Source: Chiloscyllium plagiosum (lineage: Eukaryota). From it: 64,000 nt of DNA. The stretch is from assembly GCF_004010195.1 (NCBI RefSeq), contig NC_057755.1, positions 1,415,306 to 1,479,305 of the forward strand, in the 5' to 3' direction. Shown here piece by piece: positions 50,226 to 63,160 of the stretch. The notes below the pieces were generated by a model that saw nothing but the letters and a program-made list of their open reading frames with translations, had not been told where the DNA came from and searched no databases. Within the stretch, counting starts at the first letter, position 1. Each line of letters begins with the position of its first letter. The position numbers were made by a program, and so were the translations under genes.

Positions 50226-52772
50226 TGTTATGATATTGCTCTTTTAACAAGGTTGTGTTATCCTTAGGTTTTTTTTTAGAATGTTCATAAATGTAGGGAC
50301 TCAGAAGTGTCTGTTTTGGATGCGTTGTTGGTCCAATTTCAAGATAGCAAACAGACACTGCCTTAAGAAAAGGCTTTCAAGCGTGTAAAAAAATGTACAA
50401 TGTAAGGGGAGTGGCCAGTTCGCCCAGCTCAGCTTTCCTCTGGTCTTGTTTAATTTGGTTTGGTGTTAGCTAACAGTCAGATTTTATTAGACTGCTGGTA
50501 GAAGAAACAGTTACATGGAAAAATTTGTTCATGCTGAATCTCTCGAACATCTCTCCTGTCAGACCCTGTCTTTGACTTTACCCATTTTGCCAACCGGTGT
50601 TTTAAGAAAAAGCAAGCTTATGTTAGGATGAATCATGGAGGCTCAGTTAGAGCGCTTGAGAGTGATAAGTTAACCAAGAAGCATCAAAGGAGAGAATTAA
50701 GAAAAACCAAGAGGGGACATGAGAAGTCATCGGCAGATTGGATCAAGGAAAACGCTAAAGCTTCCCAGCGATATATTAGGAATAAAACACTGACTGCAGT
50801 AAGATTAAGACCAATCGAGGACATTAGCGAAAAGTTGTGATGCGGTACGAGGAGATAGGAGAAATGCTGAATGAATTTTTTTGTTAGTATTCGCATTGGA
50901 AAAACACAACACTGTCGAGGAGAATACTGTGATACAGCCTACCAGACTAGATGGACTGTGCTTCACAAGCAGTAGGTGCTAGCATTTGTGAAAAGTGTGA
51001 AAATAGACAAGTTCCCTGGGTCTAATCGGATTGAACCTAGGATTATCTGGGAAGCCACCGAGGAGATTACAGAGCTTTTGGCGTTGATCTTTATGTCATT
51101 ATTTTCTACAGGAATAGTGCCACAAACAGGAGGATAGCAAATGCTGTCCCCTTGTTGAAGAAGGGGAATGGAGACACCCTGATAATTATAGACCAGTGAG
51201 CCTTACTTCGGTTGTGGGTGAATTATTGGAAAAGGTTATAAGAGCTAGGATTTATAATCAGAATAAGTTGGGTATAGTAAACATGGTTTTGTGAAATGTA
51301 GGTCGTACCTTAAAAAAACCCTATTAAGTTCTTTGAAAAGGTGACCAACGAGGTGGATGACGGGAGAGTGGTTGACGTGGTGTATATAGATTTTTTAAGG
51401 CGTTTGATAATGTTTCCCACGGGAGGCTACTGCACTTATTCTAGAGGCATGGGCTTGAGGGTGATTTAACGGTTTGGATCAGAAACTGGCTAGCTGAAAG
51501 AAGACAGAGGGTGGTGGTTGATGGGAAATGTTCATCCTGAAATTCGGTGACTGTTGGCGTCCAACAAGGATCTGCTTCTATAAATATTCTGGATATGAGG
51601 ATAGAAGGGTGGGTTCATAAATTTGCAGATGACACGAATGCAGTGGAGTCATGGATAATGCTGAAGGATGTTGCAGGTTCCAGAGGGACATAGATCAGCT
51701 GCAGAGCAAGGCTGAGAAGTGGAAAATGGATTTCAATGTGGAAAAGTGTGTGGTTATTCATGTAGCAAATAGCAACAGGAATGAAGAGTACTGCGCTAAT
51801 GGTAAGATTCTTGGTAGTGTAGATGCGCAGAGATATCAAATACTATGTACACTGATCCCTGAAAGTTACAAACCAGATTGATAGGGTTGTTAAGAATTCG
51901 TATGGTGTGTTAGCTCTTCTTGGGAGAGGGAATCAGTTTCTGAGCCACGAGGACATGTTACACCTGTACAAATCTCTGATGTGGCCACGTTTGTAGGATT
52001 GCATACAGAATTCTAGTCATTATATTATAGGAAGGGTGTGGAAACTTTGTAAAGGGTTAAGCGGCGATTTACTAGGATGTTACCTGATGTGGAGAGAAGA
52101 TTTTATGTGGAAAAGCTGAGGGACCTGAGGCTATCTTCATTCGAGATAAGAAGGTTGATAGGTGACTCAATTGAGACATATAAGATAATCAGAGGTTAGG
52201 GTGCAAAATGACATCCTTGGATGGTGATGACGAGCACGCGGGGGATAGCTTTGAATTGAGGGGCGATAGACATTGGATAGATGTCAGAGGTGGTGTCTTT
52301 ACTCAGCGAGTAATAGGCACGTGGAACGTCCTGCCTACAACAGGAGTAGAGTCACCAAATTTAAGAACATTCAAGTGGTCATTGGATAACCATATTGATG
52401 AAAATAGAATAGTATAGGATAGATAAGTTTCAGATTGGTTCCGCAGGTCGGCGCACATCGACAGCCAAATAGCCTGTACTCCACTGTAATGTTCTATGTT
52501 TATGGGCATTGTTGCAAGAATTTGGAAGTCATTAAATTAGGACAGTCTGTTGGGTTTTTGGGTAGGTTAAGTTATTCTGTATTATGTTCTCTTTTGTTTG
52601 TGTTTCATTCGGCACTCTGTAAATAAATGCTGTTTTATTTAAAACCGAGGGGTTTTGACTAGCTGCATCACACCTGGAATATCGACTCGACACCTGCTCA
52701 AAACAAGAAGAAAAGTTAGGACCTGGTCTAGATCTTGAAATGTTTTGAGAGGGTCAGGCCTGGTCGATAACA
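50226..52772 (+). mobile_element. 3' LTR of the Gypsy element (TGTTAT...ATAACA), split by a CR1
   Basis: Inverted termini TGTTAT at 50226 and ATAACA ending at 52772; AATAAA at ~52622; about 650 bp once the CR1 is removed. Confidence 0.8.
50605..52500 (+). mobile_element. CR1 ORF2 3' half nested in the LTR
   Basis: IKENAKA, NYRPVSLTSVVG, KFADDT motifs; tail ctgtaatgttctatgtt. Confidence 0.9.
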
Positions 52773-52922
52773 AGTCGAGATAGATGGATTGCTGATTAGT
52801 AAGGGGATCAAAAGCTATGGCGAGAAGCCAGAAGAATAGAACTGAGAAACAGATCCTTCATGATCAAATGGCAGAGCTGACTCGATGGGCTTAATAGTCT
52901 AACTCTGCTCCGACACTGTATG
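52773..52922 (+). mobile_element. CR1 3'UTR remnant into which the Gypsy element inserted
   Basis: agtaaggggatcaaaagctatggcgagaag...gactcgatgggc resembles the tails at ~870-1000 and ~14580-14710. Confidence 0.65.
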
Positions 52923-53421
52923 ACGTTATCCAATACGTAATATTATTTATATATGGACACAAAGAGGTCCAATATTGCATCCATGGTTCAAATATAGACG
53001 GATGAACTGGAATCCTGCCTTTCATTGAATATTACTCAGTCTTGTTTCATTCATTGGGCTTAGTTCTTTGGACTGAAGTGACAGCTATCAGGGTGCAGGC
53101 GATACAGATACTGATAATTACATGTTTCCCAGGTTGCCAGAAATATGCCATTGAGAAAAAATGCGCAATGTGATCTGCTGAAGGGTTTACTTGTCTTTTT
53201 TCAGAAGAGACAGTCTCATGATCAGAAAGAGACAGAACCACACCCAGAGGGACACAGAAACATACCCACACCCTCACATATACGCGGAAGCATACCCACA
53301 TACATAAATACAGTCAAGGTAAGACACAGGAACATACTGATGAACAAGAGCACACATGCATGCACACAGATACACGCACACTGAAATGTGGGAATACATC
53401 TACACAAAGACTACACAAAGA

Positions 53422-55368
53422 CTTTGGGTGAACATTTTGGTGATGGTGACCACAATTCTGTGACTTTCACCTTGGTTTTGGAGAGAGATAGGTGCGTGCA
53501 ACAGGGTAGGTTTTACAATTGGGGAAGGGTAAATACGATGCTGTAAGACAGGATCTGAGGAGCATAAGTTGGGAGCATAGGCTGCCAGGGAAGGATGTCG
53601 TGGAACTGTGGAACTTTTTCAAGGAACAGATACGACGTGTCCTTGATATGTATGTATCTGTCAGGCAGGAAAGAGATGGTCGTGTGAGGGAACCTTGGTT
53701 GACGAGGGAGGTTGAATGTCTTGTAAAGAGGAAGAAGGAGGCTTACATAAGGTTGAGGAAACAAGGTTCAGACAGAGCGTTTGAGGGATACAGGATAGCC
53801 AGAAGGGAGCTGAAGAAAGGGATTAGGAGAGCTAAAGAGAGGGCATGAAAAATCTTTGGCGGATAGGATCAAGGATAACCCCAAGGCATTTTATGCATAT
53901 GTGAGAAACATGAGAATGACGAGAACGAGGGTAGGTCCGATCAAGGACAGTAGTTTTGAGTCTGGGCACTGAGTCGGAACAGATAGGAGAGGTCTTGAAT
54001 GAGTACTTTTCTTCAGTATTTACAAACGAGAGGGACCGTATTGTTGAAGAGGAGAGTGTGAAACGGACTGGTAAGTTCGAAGAGATACTTGTTAGGAAAG
54101 AAGATGTGTTGGGCATTTTGAACAACTTGAGGATAGACAAGTACCCCGGGCCTGACGGGATATAGCCGAGGATTATGTGGGAAGCAAGAGAGGAAATTGC
54201 AGAGCCGTTGGCAATGATCTTTTCGTCTTCACTGTCAACGGGGGTGGTAGCAGAGGACTGGAGTGTGGCGAATGTTGTGCCCCTGTTCAAAAAAGGGAAT
54301 AAGGATAACCCCGGGAATTACAGACCAGCTAGTCTTACTTAGGTGGTAGACAAAGTAATGGAAAGGGTACTGAGGGATAGGATTTATGAGTATCTGGAAA
54401 GACACTGCTTGATTAGGGACAGCCAACACGGATTTGTAAAGGGTAGGTCTTGCCTTACTAGTCTTGGAAGAGGGATTCGAAGGGTGGGTCAGTAAATTTG
54501 CAGATGATACGAAAATTGGTGGAGTTGTGGATAGTGTGGAGGGCTGTTGTCGCCTGCAAAGAGACTTAGATATAATGCAGAGCTGGGCTGAGGAGTGGCA
54601 GATGGATTTCAACCCTGTCAAGTGTGAAGTTGTCCACTTTGGAAGGACAAATAAGAATGCAGAATACAGGGTTAACGGCAGGGTTCTTAGTAAGGTGGAG
54701 GAGCAGGGGGATCTTGGGGTCTATGTTCATAGATCTTTGAAAGTTGCCACTCAGGTGGATAGAGCTTGTAAGAAGGCCTATGGTGTATTAGCGTTCATTA
54801 GCAGAGGGAATGAATTCAAGAGTCATGAAGTGATGTTGCAGCTGTACAGGACCTTGGTGAGGCCACATTTGGAGTACTGTGTGCAGTTCTGGTCGCCTCA
54901 CTTTAGGAAAGATGTGGAAGCTTTAGAGAGTGTGCAGAGAAGATTTACCAGGATGTTACCTGGAATGGAGAATAGGTCGTACGAGGATAGGTTGAGAGTG
55001 CTAGACCTTTTCTCATTGGAACGGTAAAGGATGAGGGGTGACTTGATAGAGGTTTATAAGATGATCAGAGGAATAGATAGAGTAGACAGTCAGAAACTTT
55101 TTTCCCCGGGTACAACAGAGTGTTACAAGGGGACATAAATTTAAGGTGAAGGGTGGAAGGTATGGGGGAATGTCAGGGATAGGTTCTTTACCCAGAGAGT
55201 GGTGGGGGCATGGAATGCGCTGCCTGTGGGAGTGGCAGAGTCAGAATCATTGGCGACCTTTAAGCGGCAATTGGAATAGCTACATGAATGGGTGCTTAAG
55301 CGAGGACAAATGTTCGGCACAACATCGTGGGCCGAAGGGCCTGTTCTGTGCTGTATTGTTCTATGTTC
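53422..55368 (+). mobile_element. CR1 ORF2 (relatively young) with an internal deletion in RT
   Basis: GDGDHNSV, KYPGPDG, QHGFVKGRSCLTS joined directly to LEEGFEGWVSKFADDTK; ttctatgttcta tail. Confidence 0.92.
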
Positions 55369-55379
55369 TAAACATTCCC

Positions 55380-56800
55380 ATACCCTCGAAATATACACCG
55401 GAATGCCATCAGAGTGCAGAAGGGAAACACACTTCATCACACATCCTGCTCACGTGAAGACACACAGAAAAACAGACCTACAGGAACACACTTATATACA
55501 GACAGAATGCACACGCGTTTACGCATACAAGGCAATCACGCTGCGATACAGGGACAGGTCTCCACACAGAAACAGAATTGCAGACATATGCTCACACTCA
55601 TGTAGAAACTGAGAGTAAGAGACATTACACAACAACCTGCAAGAACTGACATCAAATTCAATCACACACCCAAAAGTATATTCAAACGCAGTTAGTGAGC
55701 CTCAAACCCAATTAGATACAGACAGAGAGAGCCACTCAGTAACAAACAGAGACACGTCCACAGAGAGGTACAGAGAGACCTGTTGGGGGCACAGAAAGAT
55801 CTTGACACAAGGGCAGACAGCCAAACACAATCTGAACAACATATTCACCTGCTTAAACAAGAGCATAGCCAGGCAGAGACATATGCCCCACTCCCACAAT
55901 AATGCACTGACATTCAGAGACACACACACAGATCGAGTCACAGAACCATCATGACATGCTGACAGTAACCACACAAAGAGCATACACACAGGCACAAACA
56001 CAACAGTTTCATATTTGCAAAACACAAACAGATGCAAAATCACACAGGCACAGAAACATACACCAACATAAAAAAAACTCACCTCACGGAAACACTCTCA
56101 TATAGAATGAATAACATTTCCCAATGCATAAACACATGAATGTTTATTCACCGAAATACTTCCCAAAACACACAAACGGAAACGTACACTTAGATGCATA
56201 AAGACAGTCATAATGTATCATACTCACTGACATATCCAACGACAACAACCGAGGAACACACACATAGAGTGCCATTCCCACAAAGGCAATTAACCCCCCC
56301 CCCCTACACACACACACACACCCTCACACAACGAAAGGGAAACGCATGAACACAACTCCCGCACAGCCAGAGGGAGAGGAAAGGGAGATGATCAAATTTC
56401 AGGAGACACACTTACAGCGATGTGCCAAGGTATTGTTGGCTGTGTCTGTGCAGTTTGTATTTTGCAAAATTACTACCTGGGTAAGATCAGTGAATAACGG
56501 GTTGAGGAAGGGATTTGATTCAAGTGATGGTACAAGAGAGCATCGCCTAAACTTAGACAAGTGTTTGACATGGTCAATGTGAGAAAAAGACACAGAGAGC
56601 ACGAGGGAGAGACAGAGAGACGGAATGAACTACACAGAAAAACAAAGAAGTCTCGACAGACAGAGAGACAGATAGAGAGAGAGAATGACACAGACAAGGA
56701 GAGACGCAGATTAAGACAGACAGAGACAAACAGACTGAACGAGAAGCTGACAGATGGGGGAGAGCACCAGAAGGTGAGCAGAACAGAAACAAAGACAAAC
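55380..56800 (+). repeat. Decayed A/C-rich then (GACA/GA)-rich low-complexity sequence (also 53220-53420 before the CR1)
   Basis: acacacagaaac / gacagagaga runs. Confidence 0.6.
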
Positions 56801-57599
56801 AGAAAGAAGCAATATCCTTGTATTTGGAGTAGACAGAATGTGGACCCAGTAAACTCTTTCAAAAAGAAATGTGCATGTAAAAATAACCAATTCAGATGAG
56901 GGGATCAGTAGCACCCGGAGCCTTTCTCTTGCTGTAATAAAGTGCTTATTGAGAGCTGAACAGATAGAGTCTGACAATCATCATGTGCAGGAGGGACAGT
57001 TTCTGATCCTCCTCCTCCTCCACTGCAGGGGAAATGCAGAGGAACGTCTTGCCGGTCTTTCACACTTATCCACATGGCAGTCCGTAAAGAACCAATGCTC
57101 CAGCTGAACCTGTCACTCACAGCCACTTCGTCATTTCGAATCCATCCTCCAGCCTTTTTTCCAATCTACCCTGCTCTTGACAGTTACCTATTGCCCCTTT
57201 ACATGTTCTCACTTTTTCAAGTCCATCAGTATTGTTGATGGTGGTGATGGATAGATTATGCTTCAAGTTGGGAGAGTAATGGATATGGTCATCAGGTGTA
57301 CGAGGGACTGTTCTATTGGATGAGCAGAGGTCTTCTGGGTTGGCAGGACGACCGGACTAGAAGGGCTGAATGGTCTACTGCTGCTCATTTTCTGCCTGTC
57401 CCCATGTGTGACAATCCGTCAGTCAATCTCAGGGATAACAGCATGTTCCTAAGCATGGTGAACGGTCTCCCATCCTGTTACCCCTCTAGCCATCCACCAC
57501 GGGTGTTATACTCAAATCCATGTGATTCTGCTGATGAAATCCGTGCCGTAAATATGAAAATACTGCATTTGGAACTCTGCCGCTGCCTCTGGAGCTCTC

Positions 57600-58110
57600 T
57601 CAGTTGTTTTGCTGAGTCATTAAATGAAGAATTTATGTGACCAGTTAGTGCACCGCATTCCTGAATTTCGCTCTGAACTCGGGGAGAGTTGCTGCATGCA
57701 GCTGAAATTCTTCAGTATTCCTCCAAAGTACGTAAAGATGAATGAATTGTTCTTCGAAAGATGTGTTCTTTTAATGTTATGTTGTTAAGATGTTTGTACC
57801 GTGCACTAACCACAGACAGAGCCACAGCCAAGGCTTTCTCTGTCCATTATTTTCAGGCAGCAAATAGCCACAAAACGATCAAAGGAGAAAAGGACAGTGA
57901 ACCAGACTGAACAGTTTGTGGCTGCACGACCCAGGACAAAGACAGCACTCATGGTGAGATCCAAGAAAAATCTTGGGAAGTAAAAGTATATGAGTTGCCA
58001 CAGTGTGGTTACCGTGAAAATGAACAGTAGATGCGAAGTTGCCATAGCCATTAGGCAGTGCATTGTGCATTTAGGGAGGCCACACTGTCCACGTGTGAGA
58101 ACTAAATTCA
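57600..58110 (-). pseudogene. GPR139/GPR142-like class A GPCR pseudogene (main exon, internally deleted)
   Basis: NLV-LTRGQCGLPKC..LMAMATSHLL (TM1-2); AATNCSVWFTVLFSFDRFVAIC (TM3 with DRF); then GILKNFSC / AATLPEFRAKFRNAV (TM7-helix 8). TM4-TM6 largely missing, stops present, acceptor reads TGG. Confidence 0.85.
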
Positions 58111-58324
58111 CCAGACAAGAGGTAAAATGCAATTCAGAAATTAATGATCAAACGTTCTCCACGTCGGCCCAGAGAGCAATGAAAAATCTTAGCGCCTGAC
58201 TGGGCCAGCTGGGAGGATTCAGTTGTCTGGTTTGAACAGAATAGCTCCAATAGCCTGACCCATTTCGAAACTGCTCACTCCTGGGTTTGAATAAGTGTGG
58301 GCAGGTAATTAACAGACGGCAGGG

Positions 58325-58603
58325 AGACGTGATTTTTAAGGTGAAAGGGAAAATTTTAGAGGGAATCGGAGGAAGAGGTTTTCACCCAGGGAGTGATAAG
58401 GTTCTGGTAATTCAGTACCTGGTTGGGTAATCGCAGCAGAAAACCTCACAAACTTAAAAAAAAACTACCTGAATGAACACAAGAATTTGCAACTTTGAGT
58501 ATAGTGCTGGAACCTGGGAGGAGTGCAGATTTCATGTAGCTTTGACAGCACAAACTGGATGGAGCGAAGGACCTCCTCTGTATCATCGGACTCTATGATT
58601 CTA
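58325..58603 (+). mobile_element. CR1 3'UTR fragment
   Basis: ttttcacccagggagtg; tail gactctatgattcta. Confidence 0.7.
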
Positions 58604-58689
58604 AGAATTCTTTTCAGAAGGCAGGGTGCTAAATGAAGTATTTTAGTGAACTAATTGAAGGGCTTTAAGTGCGGAAAACATCAAACAGA

Positions 58690-58830
58690 ATCATAAATAA
58701 CTGACAAAACTCAACAGTTATGGCAGCATCTGTGGAGACAGAAGCAAAGTTAATGGAATCACTCTTCATCAGAACATCTTCATCTGAACATGGGTCAATG
58801 AACTCAAAACATCATCTCACGTTTCTCCAC
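58690..58830. mobile_element. Decayed Penelope-like terminal fragment, inverted arrangement
   Basis: aaactcaacag..ggcagcatctgtggaga..; ctgaacatgggtcaatgaactcaaaac is a degenerate hammerhead-like core; similar piece at ~12830-12890. Confidence 0.45.
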
Positions 58831-58957
58831 GCCCAAGTCTCTATTATTGCAACCAAAAAACCGGGATACATTTCTGAAAGGGAGTTGAGATTTAAAATCT
58901 TGATATTCATCTACTATGTAACATTTGTTAGACCATTCTTCGCATACTAGGCATAGT

Positions 58958-61900
58958 TAGAGTCAGAGAGGTATATAGCATGGAAGCAAACCCATTATCC
59001 CAAATTGTCCAGGCTGACCAAATATCCTTCATTAATCTCATCACATTTGCCCACATTTCCCTCTCAACCATTACCATTCAATTAACCATTCAGCCATATT
59101 TTAAACGTAGAAATTGCACCCTCCTCCATCACTCCCTCTGACAGTTCATTCCATACACACACCACTCTCTGCATGAAATAGTTAACCCTGAGGTACTTTT
59201 TTAAATTTCTCCCCTCTTATCCTAAATGTATGCCCTCTCATTACGGATTCTTCCACCCCTGGGAAAAGACCTTGTTTATTTACACTCTGCATGCCCAACC
59301 CCCATGATTTTATAAACGTCCATCAGGTCAACCCTCAGCCTCTGACGCTCTAGGGAAAGCAGCCTCAGCCTATTCACCCTGCCCTTATCGCATAAACCCT
59401 CCCATCGTGGAAACATTCTTGTAAGTTTCTAAACTCTTTCTATTTTCACAACATCCCTTCTTTTGGGTTAGACCAGAAATACACACAATATTCCAAAGGT
59501 GGACTAATCAATGACCTGCAGAGCCACAACACGACCTCCCAGTTCCTGTATACAATGCTCTGACCAATAAATGAGAGCATGCAAAACGTATTTTTTCCTA
59601 TCTTACCCATCTGAGACACTGTTTTCAAGACACTATGAATCTGCACTCCAAAACCTCTTTGTTGAGCAACACTCCCCAGGAACTTCCAATTTAGTATCTG
59701 CATGCTACTCTTTCCAAATTGCAGCACGTCATATTTATCTAACTTAAACTCCAACTGCCACTTCTCTGCCCATCTGATCAAAATCCCTTCTTCACTTTCC
59801 ACTTCAACTTCAATTTTGGTATTATCTGCAAACTGACTATATCTCCTATGTTCACATCCAAGTAATTTACATAAATGCTCAAAGGTGGTTGTGGTTCTGG
59901 AGGGTCAGTCATCTCATCTCCAGGATGACTCGCTGTAGGAGTCCCACAGGGTAGTGTTCCATGCCCAACAATCTTCAGCTGCTTCATCAATGACCTTCCC
60001 TCTGTCATGAGCTCAGAAGAGAATGTTCGCAAATTGTTGCTCAGTGCTCAGTGAAATTCGCAACTCCTGAGATACTAAAGCATTCCGTGCTCAAATGCAA
60101 CAAGCTCTGGACAATCTCCAGGCATCGGCAGACAAGTGGCAAGTAACATTCGCGCCACACAAATGTCAGTAATGCCCATCACTAATAGGAGACACTAAAA
60201 CCACCACCTCTTGACTTTCAATTGTATTACCATCACTGAGTCGCCCACTGTCAACATCCTTGGGGTTACCCTTGGTCAGAAACTCAACTGGACTCATCAC
60301 ATAATCACAATGGTTACAAAAGGTTAGAAAATAGGGATACTGCGGTGACTAATTCATCTCCTGACACCCTAAAGTACATCCACCATCTACAAGGCACAAG
60401 CCAGGAGTGTGAGGGAATTCTCCCCGTTTACCTTGATGCGTGCAGCTCCAACAAAACTCAAGAAGCTTGACGCCATTCAGGACAAAGCAACCGGCTTGAT
60501 TGGCACCGCATCTACAAATAGTCAATTCCTCCACCGGTGCTAAGCAGCAGCAATGTGTACGCTCCGCAAGATGCACCACAGACAATCACTAAAGAACCTT
60601 AGACAGCAACTTCCAAACCCGTGGCCACTTCTATCTGGAAGCAGAAAGGCAGCAGGTCTTTAGGAACACAGCCACATGCAAATTCTCCTCCAAGCCATTC
60701 ACCACTCTGACTTGGAACTATGCTGCCGTTCCTTCACAGCCGTTGGGTCAAATTCCTGGAATTCGCTTTTTCCGGGCATTCTGTGTCATCCCACAGCAAG
60801 TGGACTGCAGTTATTCAAAAAGTCAGTTTACCACTAGCTTCTCAAAGACAAATAGGAATGGGCTATCAATGCTGACCTGACAGCGATGTCCAATTCCCAC
60901 AAATTAGAAAATAAAGAGGAAAGCAGTGGACCCAGCACTGGTCCTTGTGGCACATCACTGGTTACAGGCCTCCAGACTGAAACGCAATCCTTCCCCCCAC
61001 CCTCTGTCTTTTACTTTTGAGCTAGTTCTGCATCCAACTGGCTAGTTCTCCCTGTACTCAATGTGTTCCAACTTTGATAGCCAGTCTACCATGTGGAACC
61101 TTGTCAAACACCTTACTGAAGTCCATATAGATCATGTCCACTATTCTGCCTTCATCAATCCTCTTTGTTAATTCTTCAAAAAGTTCAATCCAGTTCGTGA
61201 GACGTGATTTCCCAAGCACAATGCGATGTTGACTATTCGTCATCAGTCCTTGCCTTTCTAAATGATATAGATCCTATCCCTCAGAATTCCCTAAAACAGC
61301 TCACCCACCTCTGATATTAGGCTCACATGTCTTTAGTTCCCTAACCTTTTCTTACCACCTTTCTAAAATAGTGGCACCATGTTAGCCAACCTCCAGTCAT
61401 CTGGAACCTCATCTGTGACCATTGATGAAACAAATATCTCATCAAGGAGCCCATCAGTCACTTTCCCAGCTTCCCACAGCGTTAGAGGATACACCTGATC
61501 AGGGCCTGGGGATTTATCTACCTTTATGCGTATAGGCATTCAACACCTCCTCCTCGGTAATATGGACATTTTATCAAGCTGCTACCATGTATTTCCCCAT
61601 ATTCTACATCTTCTATGTCGTTCGCCACAGTAGATATTGATGTACAGTACTTATTTAGTATTCCCACATCTCCTGCCACTTCACAAATAGGCTGCCTTGC
61701 AGATCTTTGAGGTGTCCTATTCTCTCCTTAGTTACACTTCTGTCGTTAAATTATGTATGAAATTCCTTTGAATTCTTCGTAACCCTATTTGTGAAAGCTA
61801 TCTCCGGTCCCCATTTTGCCTTCCCGATCTCCCTCTTAAGTTTATTCCTACTGCCGATTTATTCTTCGATGGATTTACTGAATCTCTGCTGTCGAAACCT

Positions 61901-63160
61901 GATGTATGCTTCCGTCTTGTTCTTAACCAAAACCTATACCTAGCAGTCTTGCTTTTCTTCCTAATAGGAACACACCTTTTCTGGACTATTGTTATCCCGT
62001 TTTCGAAGGCTTCCCATTACCCAGCTGTCCCTTTACCTGAGAACATTCACCCCCTATTTACTTTTGAAAGTTATTGCCTCAGATCGTCAAACTTGGCCTT
62101 CCTCCAGTTTAGAAATTGAGCTTATAGATTCAAGTTCCAATATTCTAGTTCTAATTCGTTTGGAACCTGACTTAACTCTCGTTACATTGGAGCCAATCTC
62201 GGGACCAGTAACTTGGCTGTTCGTGCTACATTCTTCTGAGAATCCATCATCCCTTACATTTTCCAAAACAGCTAATTGCTTGAGATGGGGATAGCCACAA
62301 GAGCCTACTGCACTACCTATCTTCCTCCCCTACCTTTCCTGGAGGTAACATTATTCTATTTGTGATTTTACTGTCTTCCGATAGCTGCCATCTGGCACAC
62401 CGTCGAGCTCCTATAAATTCCTCACTGCCTCTAACTGCAGCTCCAAACGATGATTGCGATCTGATAGGATTCACAGCCAAACAAACGTACTGTCGACATA
62501 TGCATCAGTAATTTCCCACATCCGACAGGGAGTGCACATCATTGTACTAAGTCTCATCTTTGTACCTTAGTAATCTCGAGACCCGGAAAATAGCAGAGTA
62601 TTACTGCTTTTAAATAACTCGGTTGCAGGCTAACTCAGTGTTTTTTAAAATATTTTAATCAAGAGGCACGTTTCAATAAACATACGACCAAAGAAAGTCC
62701 ACCCTACTTACTACTGTAGATTTACAAAAAAGAAGTCAGTAAGGTTAGATTTTAAAAAAAAAAAACATGTTGTCACCTAATCCCGTGCTGGGCGCTCTCC
62801 CACATAGCTTCCTCCGAGGTCAGCTGTGATTTTTGCTGTTTGTTAATGTTTCTCAGATGCATTCTGATGCCGAGAAATACATGAACTCAAATAGTGAAGG
62901 CAGTAGCTATGCAGATTCACTGTTGCGTCAGATGGCAGGGTATGTTTCTTTCTCTCTCTGTGTCTGACCATGTGCTCGCTACCTTTGTGTCTCTTCCGTC
63001 TTTTGACAGAGCTGTTGTTCAAATGTTTCTCCCCCCGAAAATGCACAACAATGCAACAGCTTGTAAAACTCTAAATACTGTTTCCAGAATTCGTGAAAAT
63101 CAGTTCCAACACCTAAAATAACTCAGAAAAGGAGCACCTGTTGCAGCCACATTTATTTTC
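58958..63160 (-). mobile_element. Long decayed CR1 (5'UTR, ORF1 zinc-finger remnant, deletion, RT, tail), interrupted by another LINE
   Basis: RWAEKWQLEF, YMDFSKVFDKVPH, DKSPGPD, CRMWE motifs on minus; sequence continues across 59880/60915. Confidence 0.8.
59882..60915 (+). mobile_element. Second CR1-clade LINE family, 3' part, nested in opposite orientation
   Basis: GVPQGSV..IFSCFINDLP, ADKWQVTFAPHKCQ, ILGVT motifs; A-rich 3' end. Confidence 0.85.
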
